A DNA stretch of 64,000 nt from a virus, in IMG/VR virus record IMGVR_UViG_3300045988_133735. One strand, written 5' to 3'. The position numbers were made by a program, and so were the translations under genes. Positions 14,569 to 25,000 of this stretch are shown here, in pieces. Position 1 is the stretch's first letter. Every line of letters begins with the position of its first letter. Below the pieces are notes generated by a model that worked only from the letters and a program-made list of their open reading frames with translations, did no database searches and had not been told where the DNA came from.

Positions 14569-15681
14569 ATGGCAGAGAAGAACATTTACCCTCGTTTTAA
14601 TTTTTGTGGTGATATCGTCATTCCGAAGCGGAACAACCCTTGGGTAAAGCGCGATACTTATAACAACTCTGAAAAGATTAGCCTGAATATGGGCATCAAG
14701 AACGGCATGAATTGCGTTTATGTGTCTGCTCAGGGTTTCAAGAATGACATCATTAAGACCAAGAATGTCGACAACGAGGATATCGAGATTGATTGGGACG
14801 ATCGTTTCGATAAGGACACTGTCGATATGGTGTCTAGTATGCGAAAATATGTTGTGAATCTGGGCGAGCGCAAGGAGTTCATTACCGCATGGGATATGAT
14901 CGAGTATCTGGAATCTGCTCTGACTGGTTATGCTGAGCCGATCGTTGTGGCTGGTATTTACAAGCTGCGTCCCGGCACTGGTGCATATAAGGATCGCATT
15001 TTTGAGGAGTTTCAGATTCAGAATGTGTATGCAGCAGTTGACGGCAAAGACACTCCGCATCTAACTATGAATATGGATCTGTATTATGACAAGAACAGTA
15101 TCGATCGTTCCGAGGAGAAGTCTGAAGGTAAGATCTTCATGAATTGCTACACTCCGATGTGGTCGGCCGCAGATGCCGCTCAGAAGATGTTTCCTGTGAG
15201 CGCCGTGTTTAACACTTCTGTTTTGGATATGACCAAGGAGAAGCACAAGCGGATTTATGACCTGAAGATGCGCTACCTCGAAACCAAGTCCAAGAATCCC
15301 GTTCATATGAACTGGGCAATCGGTGTTGTGAATGGCGCAGAAGAGAAGGAGTTCGATGAGAGCTGCCTGACTGATGTCCAGCGTGAATTCATCGAGGCTG
15401 GTCTGAATAAACTGGAGGATTTCAAGCCGCGTGGGAATATCTATGGCGAGAAGGTTCATGAACTGCGCTTAATCAAGCCGCTGATTAAGGATGAATTCAA
15501 GGAGTGCATGACCGCCGCAGACTCTGGCATGACCGCTCGCGAGTTTGAGGATATGATTTATTCTCCGTCTGAGGACGAAACCGTTGACGACATGGTGAAG
15601 AAATCCTACAAGAAGCCTGCAACAAAGGCTGCTAAGCCTACTGAGGTGGAAGAGGACGACGGTATTGATACTCTGTTCTAA
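14569..15681 (+). CDS. hypothetical protein, candidate phage single-stranded-DNA-binding protein
   Basis: The acidic C-terminal tail ...EVEEDDGIDTLF resembles the SSB tip DDDIPF. It lies directly upstream of the recombinase-like ATPase. No OB-fold motif could be verified by eye. Confidence 0.4.
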   Translation: MAEKNIYPRFNFCGDIVIPKRNNPWVKRDTYNNSEKISLNMGIKNGMNCVYVSAQGFKNDIIKTKNVDNEDIEIDWDDRFDKDTVDMVSSMRKYVVNLGERKEFITAWDMIEYLESALTGYAEPIVVAGIYKLRPGTGAYKDRIFEEFQIQNVYAAVDGKDTPHLTMNMDLYYDKNSIDRSEEKSEGKIFMNCYTPMWSAADAAQKMFPVSAVFNTSVLDMTKEKHKRIYDLKMRYLETKSKNPVHMNWAIGVVNGAEEKEFDESCLTDVQREFIEAGLNKLEDFKPRGNIYGEKVHELRLIKPLIKDEFKECMTAADSGMTAREFEDMIYSPSEDETVDDMVKKSYKKPATKAAKPTEVEEDDGIDTLF

Positions 15682-15734
15682 TTTTTTGCACACACAAACA
15701 GGACTTAAAAATACTTGAATAAGGAGAATGCATA

Positions 15735-16865
15735 ATGGCGCGTAAATATGGCAAGAAAGTTGATATTAGTTTAAACCCTCTTGATTATAGCCTTTATCTT
15801 ATGGGTGAGTCAGGTATTGGTAAAACTACCGTAATCAAACAGATGTGCGAAAAGCTTGTTGGAGATGAAGGGTATCTGTTTTTGACTTGCGGCAAAGAGT
15901 CTGATCGAGCAACTATTCAAGGCATTGAATGTGAACCGATTTGGGATTGGGAAAAGTTTGATGACGTCACTCTTGATATTATCGAAAACCGTTTTTCTGA
16001 TTATCAGGATTTGAAAGTCGTTGTCATTGATACCATCGACGAACTTATGAAAATGGCAGAAGATGAAACCCTGCGAATCTGGAATCGCGATAATCCGGAT
16101 AAAAGGGCTAAGACCTTCCGTGCAGCTTTTAACGGATTCTCTGGACCATTTGATAAAGCAGTCGAGCTGGTAACAGATAGAATGTGGGAATTAAAGCGTG
16201 TTGGTGTTAGTCCGATTGTTATCGGACACACCAAGAAGACTGATATTACTGACCCGGTTACTCTGACTACTTATTCGATGTTGTCTACTAATATGGAAAA
16301 GCGTTATTTCAATGCTTTGAAAAACAAAGTTGATATCGTTGGTGTCGCATATATTGATCGTGACATTGATCAAGTGAAAACAGGTCGTAAAAACGTCGTA
16401 ACAAAGAAAGAAGAAGTTATTGGCCGTGTCAGGGAAGAGCGTCGAGTGATTTGTTTCCGTGACGATAATTTCTCTGTTGATGCTAAGAGTCGGTTCGCGG
16501 ATATTGTCGATCGAATTCCTCTGAACGCAGACGAACTTATCAAAGCCCTAACAGACGCAATTAAGGCAGAACACGATAAGAGCGGTCGTTCGTATGAAGC
16601 TGACCTGAAGAAGCAGGCAGCTGAGAAGAAAGAGGTTGAATCCGTGCAGGCCGAGCGTGCAAAACAGTATGTCGGGGCAGCTCAGGATGAAGAGGATGAA
16701 CAGTATCGTGCCGAGTGGATTAGTGCAATTCAGAATAACTATAAGAGCGCATCTGATGATGTAAAAGCGAAGGTTGCTGAAGTGCGTAACAACATCGGTA
16801 AGAAGTTCTCAGATCCGGAGTTCCCGATTGCAGAACTGAAGAAAGTTTATTCTTTTGTCGTATAA
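15735..16865 (+). CDS. P-loop ATPase, AAA_24 / Sak4-like recombination protein
   Basis: Walker A LMGESGIGKTT and Walker B VVVIDTIDEL. The position beside helicase and primase is typical of Sak4-like proteins. Confidence 0.6.
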   Translation: MARKYGKKVDISLNPLDYSLYLMGESGIGKTTVIKQMCEKLVGDEGYLFLTCGKESDRATIQGIECEPIWDWEKFDDVTLDIIENRFSDYQDLKVVVIDTIDELMKMAEDETLRIWNRDNPDKRAKTFRAAFNGFSGPFDKAVELVTDRMWELKRVGVSPIVIGHTKKTDITDPVTLTTYSMLSTNMEKRYFNALKNKVDIVGVAYIDRDIDQVKTGRKNVVTKKEEVIGRVREERRVICFRDDNFSVDAKSRFADIVDRIPLNADELIKALTDAIKAEHDKSGRSYEADLKKQAAEKKEVESVQAERAKQYVGAAQDEEDEQYRAEWISAIQNNYKSASDDVKAKVAEVRNNIGKKFSDPEFPIAELKKVYSFVV

Positions 16866-16890
16866 ACGTAACTTAAACATATAAACAGCA

Positions 16891-16905
16891 GGGTGGGTTG
16901 GTGGG
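16891..16905 (+). promoter_or_regulatory. G-tract motif GGGTGGGTTGGTGGG (copy 1 of 3)
   Basis: Intergenic, followed after 5 nt by TATTATG. The same layout occurs at 30654 and 35940. Confidence 0.4.
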
Positions 16906-16926
16906 AATTTATTATGAGGAGTAAAT

Positions 16927-17517
16927 ATGGCTAAGCCGGTAATGGTTACATGTATGGCCACAGGCGTCAAAGGCCCAAGAGATCAGTATTATAAAGCGCC
17001 TAACAAACGGTATTTTCAGTCTGAAGCGGTTTATCAAGCGTGGCTGGCTGGTCGTAGAAAAGAAAAAGCTCTGAGGAACAAGCCGAAACATTATGACAAG
17101 CCGGGCAGAACTCCTGAATCGTACAAGAAACTCTGTGATACCATTGCAGATTTCCTTGGTTATGAGCGAGGTGGAGCGCAGCCGATGCCGACGATTGTGT
17201 TTCGACGACTAAAAGAACTTGATTTTTACTCAGACGAAATTATTCAGCAAACATTGGATGAAAGTGCAGATGCAGTTCAGTGGGCGATGCAGAATAAAAA
17301 CTTCGAAGATGATGCTGGCGCGGCGAGTTATTTGATGGCAATTGTTCGCAATAAAATCAAAGGCGTATATGATCGCGAGAAAAATAAAACAAGGAAGACC
17401 GCAAGAGAAGATTCTAGACCGGATCTCGATACAATGGTTGACCTGTCAAATATTGGAACAGTACATAAAGGAAATGATGTTAGCAGCTTGCTAGGAGGTG
17501 ACGATTTATGGATTTGA
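16927..17517 (+). CDS. hypothetical protein (possible replisome organiser or helicase loader, by position)
   Basis: ORF track. It overlaps the start of the DnaB-like gene by 10 nt. No motif recognised. Confidence 0.55.
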   Translation: MAKPVMVTCMATGVKGPRDQYYKAPNKRYFQSEAVYQAWLAGRRKEKALRNKPKHYDKPGRTPESYKKLCDTIADFLGYERGGAQPMPTIVFRRLKELDFYSDEIIQQTLDESADAVQWAMQNKNFEDDAGAASYLMAIVRNKIKGVYDREKNKTRKTAREDSRPDLDTMVDLSNIGTVHKGNDVSSLLGGDDLWI

Positions 17518-18977
17518 ACAAAGCTATTGCGAGAATCGAAGAAAATCGAGTACGTGCCGAAGCAAGCTTTGTTTTTTGTTTGTGGAAAGATCCTCAGCGA
17601 TACGATGATTACAAAAACGTCAATGAGGGAACGGATAAGACTCTGATTTGTGAAGATCAGGTGTTTTATTTCATGATTGGACGTGGCATCCGTCGGCAAG
17701 GATTTGCGAACATTGACAACATCACGCTTGACACATATCTGGCCGACAAGCCCTCTCTCCGTAAGCATTATGAGGAATTGAATGGCTGGCGTGCCTGTGT
17801 AGCTATGATGGATTTGATTGATCCTGAAAACACGGATAGCTATTACAACCAGATCTCTAAGATGAATACGCTTAAAATCTTGGCGACCAAGTATGACGAG
17901 CTGCTTAGTCATCCAGAGCGGTTTGATGATGCAACAAATGAAGATGTGTATAACACTTTTGAGTTGCTCAATAATCAGGCGGCACTTATTACAGGACAGG
18001 ATTCCAAGGTTGAGGATTTGGTCGTCGATGAAAAGTATTTGCAGCAATGTAATGAAGGACAAGACCAAGGAATTAGTTATGCGGCTGGCGCTCCTATTTT
18101 GAATTATCTGACACTTGGTGCACCCGTTGGAGATATGTATATGCTTGCCGGGCATAGCGGTGCGGGCAAGTCGAGCCTGATATTTGAATTGATGGTACTT
18201 CCGTTCGCCGAACAGGGAAATCAGGTGGCTATAATTTCAAACGAAATGATGTCAAAAGCATATAAAAATATGTTGCTGGTTCATATTCTTACGAAAGATT
18301 TGAATTATTGGAAAATCACACGTAAGAAATTAAAAATAGGGCATTTTAATGAAGAAGAATGGAAGATGCTTCGTAAGGCTGCACAAATCACAAAAGAAAA
18401 ATACTCCAATATTCGTTTCATAAAAATGTTCGAGAACGACACTGGAAAACTGTTGAAACATATAAAGCGGTTGGCAAGAACAGGAACGAAAGTTGTTGTG
18501 TACGATACTCTCAAAAGTGATGATAGCGTAGATGATAACATGTGGCAAGCATTGCTTATGAACAGTCGTCGTATTTTCAATGTGGTCAACAAAGAACAAA
18601 TCGCATTTGTCAGTACTTTTCAGCTTGCGTTACATACGACAAACCAGCGATGGCTTGATGCTTCTTGTTTATCAAATTCAAAGCAGATAAAAGAGGTTAT
18701 TAGCGAGCTTGTGATGGTTCGCAGACTGTGGCAGGACGAATATACTGGAGAAAAATACGATTGTGACCCGTATTACCGTTCAAAAGAAAATCCAAAAATC
18801 AAAGTTCCAATTGTTTTAGATAAAGATAAAACATACGTTGTTGCATTTTTAAATAAAACAAGAAACGACGAAGACGGGCAAACGATTCTTTTCCAGTTTG
18901 ATGGCGCATGGAACTGTTGGCGAGAGTTGGGGTATTGCACCATCATAAATGATCACGGCCAGTATGATCGAAGATAA
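17508..18977 (+). CDS. dnaB: DnaB-like replicative DNA helicase
   Basis: RecA-fold C-terminal domain with Walker A LAGHSGAGKSSL, Walker B-like VVVYDTLK, and a DnaB-type N-terminal domain. Confidence 0.75.
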   Translation: MDLNKAIARIEENRVRAEASFVFCLWKDPQRYDDYKNVNEGTDKTLICEDQVFYFMIGRGIRRQGFANIDNITLDTYLADKPSLRKHYEELNGWRACVAMMDLIDPENTDSYYNQISKMNTLKILATKYDELLSHPERFDDATNEDVYNTFELLNNQAALITGQDSKVEDLVVDEKYLQQCNEGQDQGISYAAGAPILNYLTLGAPVGDMYMLAGHSGAGKSSLIFELMVLPFAEQGNQVAIISNEMMSKAYKNMLLVHILTKDLNYWKITRKKLKIGHFNEEEWKMLRKAAQITKEKYSNIRFIKMFENDTGKLLKHIKRLARTGTKVVVYDTLKSDDSVDDNMWQALLMNSRRIFNVVNKEQIAFVSTFQLALHTTNQRWLDASCLSNSKQIKEVISELVMVRRLWQDEYTGEKYDCDPYYRSKENPKIKVPIVLDKDKTYVVAFLNKTRNDEDGQTILFQFDGAWNCWRELGYCTIINDHGQYDRR

Positions 18978-19002
18978 ATAAAGAAGGGAGGACTCGGTAT
19001 GA

Positions 19003-20022
19003 ATGGATGTAAATGCTTTGCAGTCTAAGCTTGAAAATCAGCCAGACAAAATCATCCAAATTCTTGAAGCTCTTGGCTTTGAAAATATCAGGTTCAATCC
19101 TCAAAAAAACAATCTGAGATTTGCTCGCGAAGAACAAAGAAACCCGACCAGCTGTCTGGTGGATTGTGCAACGTTACGATTCTTTGTCTTTTCTACGAAT
19201 CAAAAAGGAAACATATTCAGCCTGATTATGGATGTCAAACGATGTTCATTTCCTGATGCGTTAAAGTTCGCCGCAATTAAAGCCGGTTTGTCGTTGGAAG
19301 AGTTAAATATTAAAACTCGCTGGCCATTTGGTGGTTTCTTTTTAAAACTGTTGCCGAATTACGAAGAAGAAATGGAAGAATTGGAAACATATCCAGAAGA
19401 GATTTTGGAACCGTATGCAAATAAGTTCAGTATTCAATTCGTCAAAGACGGCATCAGTTTGAGAACACAAGAAAAATTCGGCATTGGATATGATGTCGAC
19501 TCAAATAGAATCACAATTCCAGAGCGTGCGATAGATGGTTCATTAGTCGGAATTATGGGACGTGCCAATTATGAATGCGATCACGACAAACGATGGTTCC
19601 CATTGATATCTTGTCCGCGAAGCAAGACGTTATTTGGGTATGACAAGAATTATCGGCGCATTCAAGAGACGCAAAATCTGGTTCTGTTTGAATCTGAAAA
19701 GGCGGTTCAGCAATGTGATTCATTCGGCAGTAATATCGCTCTTGCAACGTGTGGCTGTCATGTGTCAGAAACTCAAGCAAAATACATAAAACGACTTCTT
19801 CCAAAGAAAATTCTTTTGGCTTACGATGAAGGGCTTGAAGAAGAACATCTGGTTAATGAGTGCAAAAAGCTAATTGTGAATAATCCGATCCTGAAAACAA
19901 AGGTTGGATATATATGGCCTGATGGGCTAATTCCAGAGGGGTCTAAAAAGAACGTTGCCGACCTCGGACGCGAAGCTTATCAAGAAGGATTAACAAAATA
20001 TGTGAAATGGGTAGAGGAGTGA
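19003..20022 (+). CDS. DNA primase (TOPRIM domain)
   Basis: TOPRIM-like LVLFESEKAVQ...LLAYDEG. Located between helicase and nuclease. Confidence 0.55.
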   Translation: MDVNALQSKLENQPDKIIQILEALGFENIRFNPQKNNLRFAREEQRNPTSCLVDCATLRFFVFSTNQKGNIFSLIMDVKRCSFPDALKFAAIKAGLSLEELNIKTRWPFGGFFLKLLPNYEEEMEELETYPEEILEPYANKFSIQFVKDGISLRTQEKFGIGYDVDSNRITIPERAIDGSLVGIMGRANYECDHDKRWFPLISCPRSKTLFGYDKNYRRIQETQNLVLFESEKAVQQCDSFGSNIALATCGCHVSETQAKYIKRLLPKKILLAYDEGLEEEHLVNECKKLIVNNPILKTKVGYIWPDGLIPEGSKKNVADLGREAYQEGLTKYVKWVEE

Positions 20023-20027
20023 TGTAA

Positions 20028-21128
20028 ATGGGTCAAAGAGTTGTTGCCCCAGAACTACAGGCGTTGTACGACAAAGGGGCGCAAGTGTACAGCTATTCAA
20101 AGCTCGGCACGATTCATGATTGTCCATATAATGCGTATCTTACATATATTGAAAAGCGCGAACAGTGCCAGAATGTGTATTCATATCTCGGTGGAACCTG
20201 TCATGACGTTCTCGAAGGAATCATTGAGGGCAAGAACACAGAAGCAGATATTAAACCAGCACTTCAAAATGCCTTAGATGAGCTCGATATGCTTGGTATT
20301 GATTTTCCAAAGACACGAGATGGCGGCAATGGTATCAGAGATCGCTGGGTTGGCAATATGATGTGCATGGCTCGAGATTATATCAGTCCAAAAGGTAAGT
20401 TCGAAGTTGAGAAGCTACTGATTCTTAAATTGAGAGAGGATAGGTACTTACAAGGTTACGCTGACTTGATTCGAGTTTTGCCAGATGGTCGGCTGCAGGT
20501 GTTAGATATCAAGACGTCGAGTCAGTTTCAGGATAAAGACCTTTTGCATTATGGGCGGCAGTTGGTTGCGTATACTTTGGCACTGGAACAGGCCGGATTT
20601 ACAGTGGCTGGAGCGGCATGGATTATGGTCAAGTATTGCAAGGTCGTTTATGAGATCGGTACTGGTAAGCGTGCAAAGTTAACAGAGAAAATACTCGACC
20701 GGTGCAAAGTCGGTTACACGTTACGGTCTACGGTTCGTTCCAAGATGAAGGCTGCTGGGTATGACAGTGAACAAATTGAAAACGTCACACAGGCATTTAT
20801 TGAATCAAACGACATAAATGATTTGCCAGAAGATATCCGTTGCCAGTTCAGATTGACTACATATGTTCGCTCGTATCATATCACAGACGAGCTGCGCAAG
20901 GAATGTATCGATTACATAAACGAAACGGCAGATGAATTCGAAGAGCGAAAGAAAACAGGTGAATGGCCTGCGCGTGAGATTGAAGAGAAGAATGGTAATC
21001 CAAACTTCTTCTGTACCAATCTGTGTGGGCATCGTAAAACCTGTGAACCGCTACGAGACTGTATCAATAAGAAGCCGTTTTATGCAGCAAAAGATCCGAG
21101 CGACGCAGCGATGAATGAATTGTTTTAA
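20028..21128 (+). CDS. PD-(D/E)xK nuclease, Cas4/RecB-exonuclease-like with Cys cluster
   Basis: GYADLIRVLPDGRLQVLDIKTS (D..D-x-K). One N-terminal Cys (HDCPYNAY) plus C-terminal FFCTNLCGHRKTC, as in Cas4/AddB Fe-S nucleases. Confidence 0.6.
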   Translation: MGQRVVAPELQALYDKGAQVYSYSKLGTIHDCPYNAYLTYIEKREQCQNVYSYLGGTCHDVLEGIIEGKNTEADIKPALQNALDELDMLGIDFPKTRDGGNGIRDRWVGNMMCMARDYISPKGKFEVEKLLILKLREDRYLQGYADLIRVLPDGRLQVLDIKTSSQFQDKDLLHYGRQLVAYTLALEQAGFTVAGAAWIMVKYCKVVYEIGTGKRAKLTEKILDRCKVGYTLRSTVRSKMKAAGYDSEQIENVTQAFIESNDINDLPEDIRCQFRLTTYVRSYHITDELRKECIDYINETADEFEERKKTGEWPAREIEEKNGNPNFFCTNLCGHRKTCEPLRDCINKKPFYAAKDPSDAAMNELF

Positions 21129-21137
21129 GGAGGAGTT

Positions 21138-24100
21138 ATGGAGCAAAACTACTGCGTATATCATATCCACGACGATAAAGGTTCGCTCCTTGATTCTTGT
21201 ACAAAATGGGAAGACTATGTTGATCTCGCTGCTTCTTATGGAATGAAAGCAATCGCCTCTACCAACCATGGTTACAACCTTAACTGGACTGCAAAGAAAC
21301 AGTATGCAGAAAAGAAGGGATTGAAGTTTATCGTTGGTTGTGAGGTATATCTTACTTCTGAAATGTACCACTATCCAGAGATTCCAGACGAGGTTTATGA
21401 ATCTTATCAAGGCTGGGACCCACAGGAAGCACAAGAGGAAATCGGTAAAATGATGGATGCCGGACGCTATAAAGTTCGCGACAACTTCCATACGATTCTT
21501 CTTTGCAAAAATGCTCGTGGCGTTTTGGAGTTAAATAAGGTAATGGGCGCATCTTATGATGCTGACCATAAGTATTATAAGCCGCGCATTACTTTTGAAG
21601 AGTTCTTTGGTCTGTCTGATAACATCATCAAAATCTCTGCTTGTCTGGCAAGTCCGCTTCGTAAATACACGCCAGAATGTGATGGATTTCGTCAGGAAGT
21701 CTATGACAAACTATGCGAGACCTATGATTATTATGAGATTCAATATCACGATTGTGACGATCAAAAGGAATATAACCAGTATCTCTGGGAGCTTTCCAAA
21801 AAATATCACAAGCCACTAATTGCTGCAACTGATACTCACAGTCTGAATGCGTATAAAGCAGAATGCCGCAAGATCCTTATGATGGGCAAGGGAATCGAGT
21901 TCACTGGCGAGGACGAATTCGACCTGACATTCAAATCTTATGATCAACTTGTTAGTGCATTTGAAGTTCAAAATTCACTCCCACGCGAAGTCTGGATGGA
22001 AGCAATCAGGAATACGAACCGGATGGCTGATAGTGTCAAGGATTTTACTTTAAACACAAAAGCAAGATATCCAATTTTGACAGGGTCTACAGAATCAGAC
22101 GAAAAGGAATATATCAGTCGTACCCACAGGATGTTTAACGATAAGGTCAAACGCAAAATTATTCCAGAGAACGAAATTGAGCAGTTTAAAGCAGATATTG
22201 AAGAAGAGCTAAAGGTTTTTAAAAAGACCAATATGCTGGGTTTTATGTTATCTATGAGCGACCTGATGATTTGGGGCAAGAACGATGGAATTCCGTTCGG
22301 TCCAAGTCGCGGTTCTGTTGCTGGATCTCGATGTGCATTTATTACTGACATTATCGATGTGAACCCTGTTCGCTGGAATCTTGTGTTTTCTCGTTTTTGT
22401 AACGAAAATCGAGTAGAGATTGGCGATATTGATATCGATGTTCCAGATGCTTATCGTTCCAAAATTTATAACCATATTTTTGAATCGTTCGGTCGTGAGA
22501 AGTGTGCGTATGTTCTGGCTATGGGTACTCTGGCAGGAAAGGCGACAATCGACGAGATTGGACGAGCTCTTGCTAAGGTCTGGAAGCGAAAAAATCAGAG
22601 CACAGATGAGTCTGAGAACCCTTATTCTCTTGATCGAATTGCAAAAGTGAAAAAGGAATACGACGCCGATGCTGAAAAGTGCCGTGCAGACCATCCTGAT
22701 ATCTTCTACTATTTCGATGGATTGCAGGGGACAATTGTATCGCTGTCTCACCATCCGGCTGGCGTTATCATCGCTCCAATCGACCTCTATAAAAGGTATG
22801 GTGTATTCCAAGATAAAGACGGTCTGCCCATTCTGTGTCTTGACATGGAAGCGTCTCATGCAGTCGGTCTGGCAAAGTACGATATCCTCGGTCTTGATAC
22901 AGTATCTGTTATTGATAAGACTTGTAAGCTGGCTGATATTCCGTACCCACACACATGGGAAATGAACTTCGATGACCAACAGGTTTGGGCAGACATGAAA
23001 AAATCTCCTGTTGGTATTTTCCAGTTTGTTGAGGATTTTGCATTTGATTCGCTCAAAAAATACGATGTCCACAGCATTGCAGATCTGAGCTTGGTCACAG
23101 CAGCCATTCGACCCGGTGGTGCTTCTTACAGAGATAAACTCTTCCGGCACGAAGCAAATCACAACCCATCGCCTGAAATTGACGAGCTGTTAAAAGATAG
23201 CTTGGGTTGGCTTGTTTTTCAGGAACAGACTATTGCATTCCTTCAACAGTTCTGTGATATGAGCGGCGGTGATGCAGATAGTGTTCGTCGTGCAATCGGT
23301 CATAAGAACAAGGCGGAGTTGGATGCGGCAATGCCTCGTATCCTGAATGGTTATTGTAATCACTCGACAAAATCAAGAGAAACTGCTGAGACAGAAGCAA
23401 AAGAATTCCTACAGGTTATTGAGAACTCCGCCTCGTATCAGTTTGGTTTGAACCATGCTACCGGCTACTCAATTCTTACATATTATTGTGCGTATTATCG
23501 TTACTACTACACACATGAGTTTATCACGGCGTTGCTTAATACAGCAGATACGCAAGATAAAATCATTAAAGCAACTCAATTGGCTGGCGAGCGTGGAATT
23601 CAAATTATGCCAATCAAGTTCAGGCATTCAAGAGATGAATATGTCTACGACAGAAGCGACAAAAGGATCTATCAAGGCATGGAATCTATCAAGTATCTAA
23701 ACAAACGGCTAAGTCGTGAATTCTACAAGCTACGCAATACCAAGTTCGATTCCTTTGTTGATCTGCTTGTTATGAATCAGAAGAAAAAAATTGCCGACAG
23801 CCGCCAGATGGATATTCTTATCAAGCTTGACTTCTTCTCTGAGTTTGGCAATCCGAATCAGCTTCTGGAGCAGGTAAAAATCTTCAGTGAATTCTATGGC
23901 GCAAAGCAGCTTAACAAGCTTGATATGGATGAGCTACTGCCACATGACACAATGCTCAAACTGTGCGAAAAAGAAACTGAAAAGAAGTATGTCAATGTCG
24001 ATTGGCTAAGAATTGTCCAACTACTTTGTATAAAAACGTCCGACATTAAAACTTCCATTACCGATCGAATCCAGTATGAAGCTGATTGCCTTGGATATAT

Positions 24101-24386
24101 CCAACTCACTATTCCGAAATTGAATCCTTCTTATATCTACATCCTAGATATCGATGGTAAATTCTCTAACAAAACAGTTCTGGGATATGTCTTACAAAAT
24201 GGTCAGCAGCGCCGGCTTAAAGTCAAAGCTCGCACACTGGAAACTGATCCGATTGAAAAAGGAGACATCCTCCGTATCGATGAAGAACGAGAAGAGGGGC
24301 GTTGGTCAAAGGACGAGCGCGGTCAATGGGTTCAGTCGAAGACAGATAAGGAAACAATTCTTCGTAAATACGCTCATGTGCGGTAA
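21138..24386 (+). CDS. dnaE: DNA polymerase III alpha subunit (DnaE-type, N-terminal PHP domain)
   Basis: PHP motif YHIHDDKGSLLDS...STNHG. Palm and fingers motifs GPSRGSVAGS, EIGDIDIDV, KYDILGLDT, AAIRPG, LVFQEQ. Confidence 0.85.
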   Translation: MEQNYCVYHIHDDKGSLLDSCTKWEDYVDLAASYGMKAIASTNHGYNLNWTAKKQYAEKKGLKFIVGCEVYLTSEMYHYPEIPDEVYESYQGWDPQEAQEEIGKMMDAGRYKVRDNFHTILLCKNARGVLELNKVMGASYDADHKYYKPRITFEEFFGLSDNIIKISACLASPLRKYTPECDGFRQEVYDKLCETYDYYEIQYHDCDDQKEYNQYLWELSKKYHKPLIAATDTHSLNAYKAECRKILMMGKGIEFTGEDEFDLTFKSYDQLVSAFEVQNSLPREVWMEAIRNTNRMADSVKDFTLNTKARYPILTGSTESDEKEYISRTHRMFNDKVKRKIIPENEIEQFKADIEEELKVFKKTNMLGFMLSMSDLMIWGKNDGIPFGPSRGSVAGSRCAFITDIIDVNPVRWNLVFSRFCNENRVEIGDIDIDVPDAYRSKIYNHIFESFGREKCAYVLAMGTLAGKATIDEIGRALAKVWKRKNQSTDESENPYSLDRIAKVKKEYDADAEKCRADHPDIFYYFDGLQGTIVSLSHHPAGVIIAPIDLYKRYGVFQDKDGLPILCLDMEASHAVGLAKYDILGLDTVSVIDKTCKLADIPYPHTWEMNFDDQQVWADMKKSPVGIFQFVEDFAFDSLKKYDVHSIADLSLVTAAIRPGGASYRDKLFRHEANHNPSPEIDELLKDSLGWLVFQEQTIAFLQQFCDMSGGDADSVRRAIGHKNKAELDAAMPRILNGYCNHSTKSRETAETEAKEFLQVIENSASYQFGLNHATGYSILTYYCAYYRYYYTHEFITALLNTADTQDKIIKATQLAGERGIQIMPIKFRHSRDEYVYDRSDKRIYQGMESIKYLNKRLSREFYKLRNTKFDSFVDLLVMNQKKKIADSRQMDILIKLDFFSEFGNPNQLLEQVKIFSEFYGAKQLNKLDMDELLPHDTMLKLCEKETEKKYVNVDWLRIVQLLCIKTSDIKTSITDRIQYEADCLGYIQLTIPKLNPSYIYILDIDGKFSNKTVLGYVLQNGQQRRLKVKARTLETDPIEKGDILRIDEEREEGRWSKDERGQWVQSKTDKETILRKYAHVR

Positions 24387-24398
24387 GTCGCTAGAGCT

Positions 24399-24986
24399 AT
24401 GGAAGGAGGTGAATTAGTGACATATAACGAAATCACTCAAGTTCTTAAATCTATGGTTATCGTTGTAGATGACCGAGAAAAAGATACTCCACTCCTACAT
24501 CAACGGTTGACTTCATTTCCATGTGCGTTTATGCGTAAGCGGTTGGACTTTGGAGATTATACCGCAGAAGTGACACTTCCGAATGGCGAAAAGTTCTCGC
24601 TTGCAGACAAAGTAGTGGTCGAAAGAAAATACGACTTGACAGAAATCTGCGGTAACTTCACAACAAATCGAATCCGGTTTGCTAAGGAGTTCGACAGAGC
24701 TGCAGCCGCTGGGGCAAAGACATACATACTTATTGAAAATGGCTCATGGGAGAAGATTCATAAAGGTGCTTATCGTAGCAAAATGACTCCTGCTTCACTG
24801 CTTGGCAGTCTAACCACATGGCTTGCTCGATATAATTGTCAGATCATTTTCTGCGAATCAACTTCAACCTCGTGGCTAATCCATGCGTTTCTTCTCCACG
24901 AAATGCGCGAAGCGCTGACCCATTATGAAATGCCACAGAAACCCAAAAGAACAAGAAAGAGTGCAGAAGAAGACATTATTAAATAA
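24399..24986 (+). CDS. ERCC4-type nuclease (Mus81/XPF-like fold)
   Basis: VVDDREK...FGDYTAEV...VVVERKYDLTE matches DxRE / GDY / ERKxxD. The start may instead be GTG 24417 (GGAGGTGaatta). Confidence 0.5.
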   Translation: MEGGELVTYNEITQVLKSMVIVVDDREKDTPLLHQRLTSFPCAFMRKRLDFGDYTAEVTLPNGEKFSLADKVVVERKYDLTEICGNFTTNRIRFAKEFDRAAAAGAKTYILIENGSWEKIHKGAYRSKMTPASLLGSLTTWLARYNCQIIFCESTSTSWLIHAFLLHEMREALTHYEMPQKPKRTRKSAEEDIIK

Positions 24987-25000
24987 GGAGAATTTGCCAT

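Noticed and set aside
14428-15459. 210-aa and 132-aa - strand ORFs (14428..15060, 15061..15459).
   Set aside because: They are antisense to the 14569..15681 gene within a uniformly + strand operon, with no RBS and no recognisable motifs.
17328-18155. 275-aa ORF on the - strand.
   Set aside because: It is entirely antisense to the DnaB-like helicase and the preceding gene, which have clear motifs and RBSs. Its composition is rich in I/L/F/S/R as expected from the reverse complement of an A/T-rich coding frame, and it has no RBS. Shadow ORF.
22248-23162. 304-aa - strand ORF, plus several 60-130-aa ORFs in both orientations, inside 21138..24386.
   Set aside because: They lie within the DnaE-type polymerase gene, whose frame carries the conserved polymerase motifs. 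Shadow ORFs.
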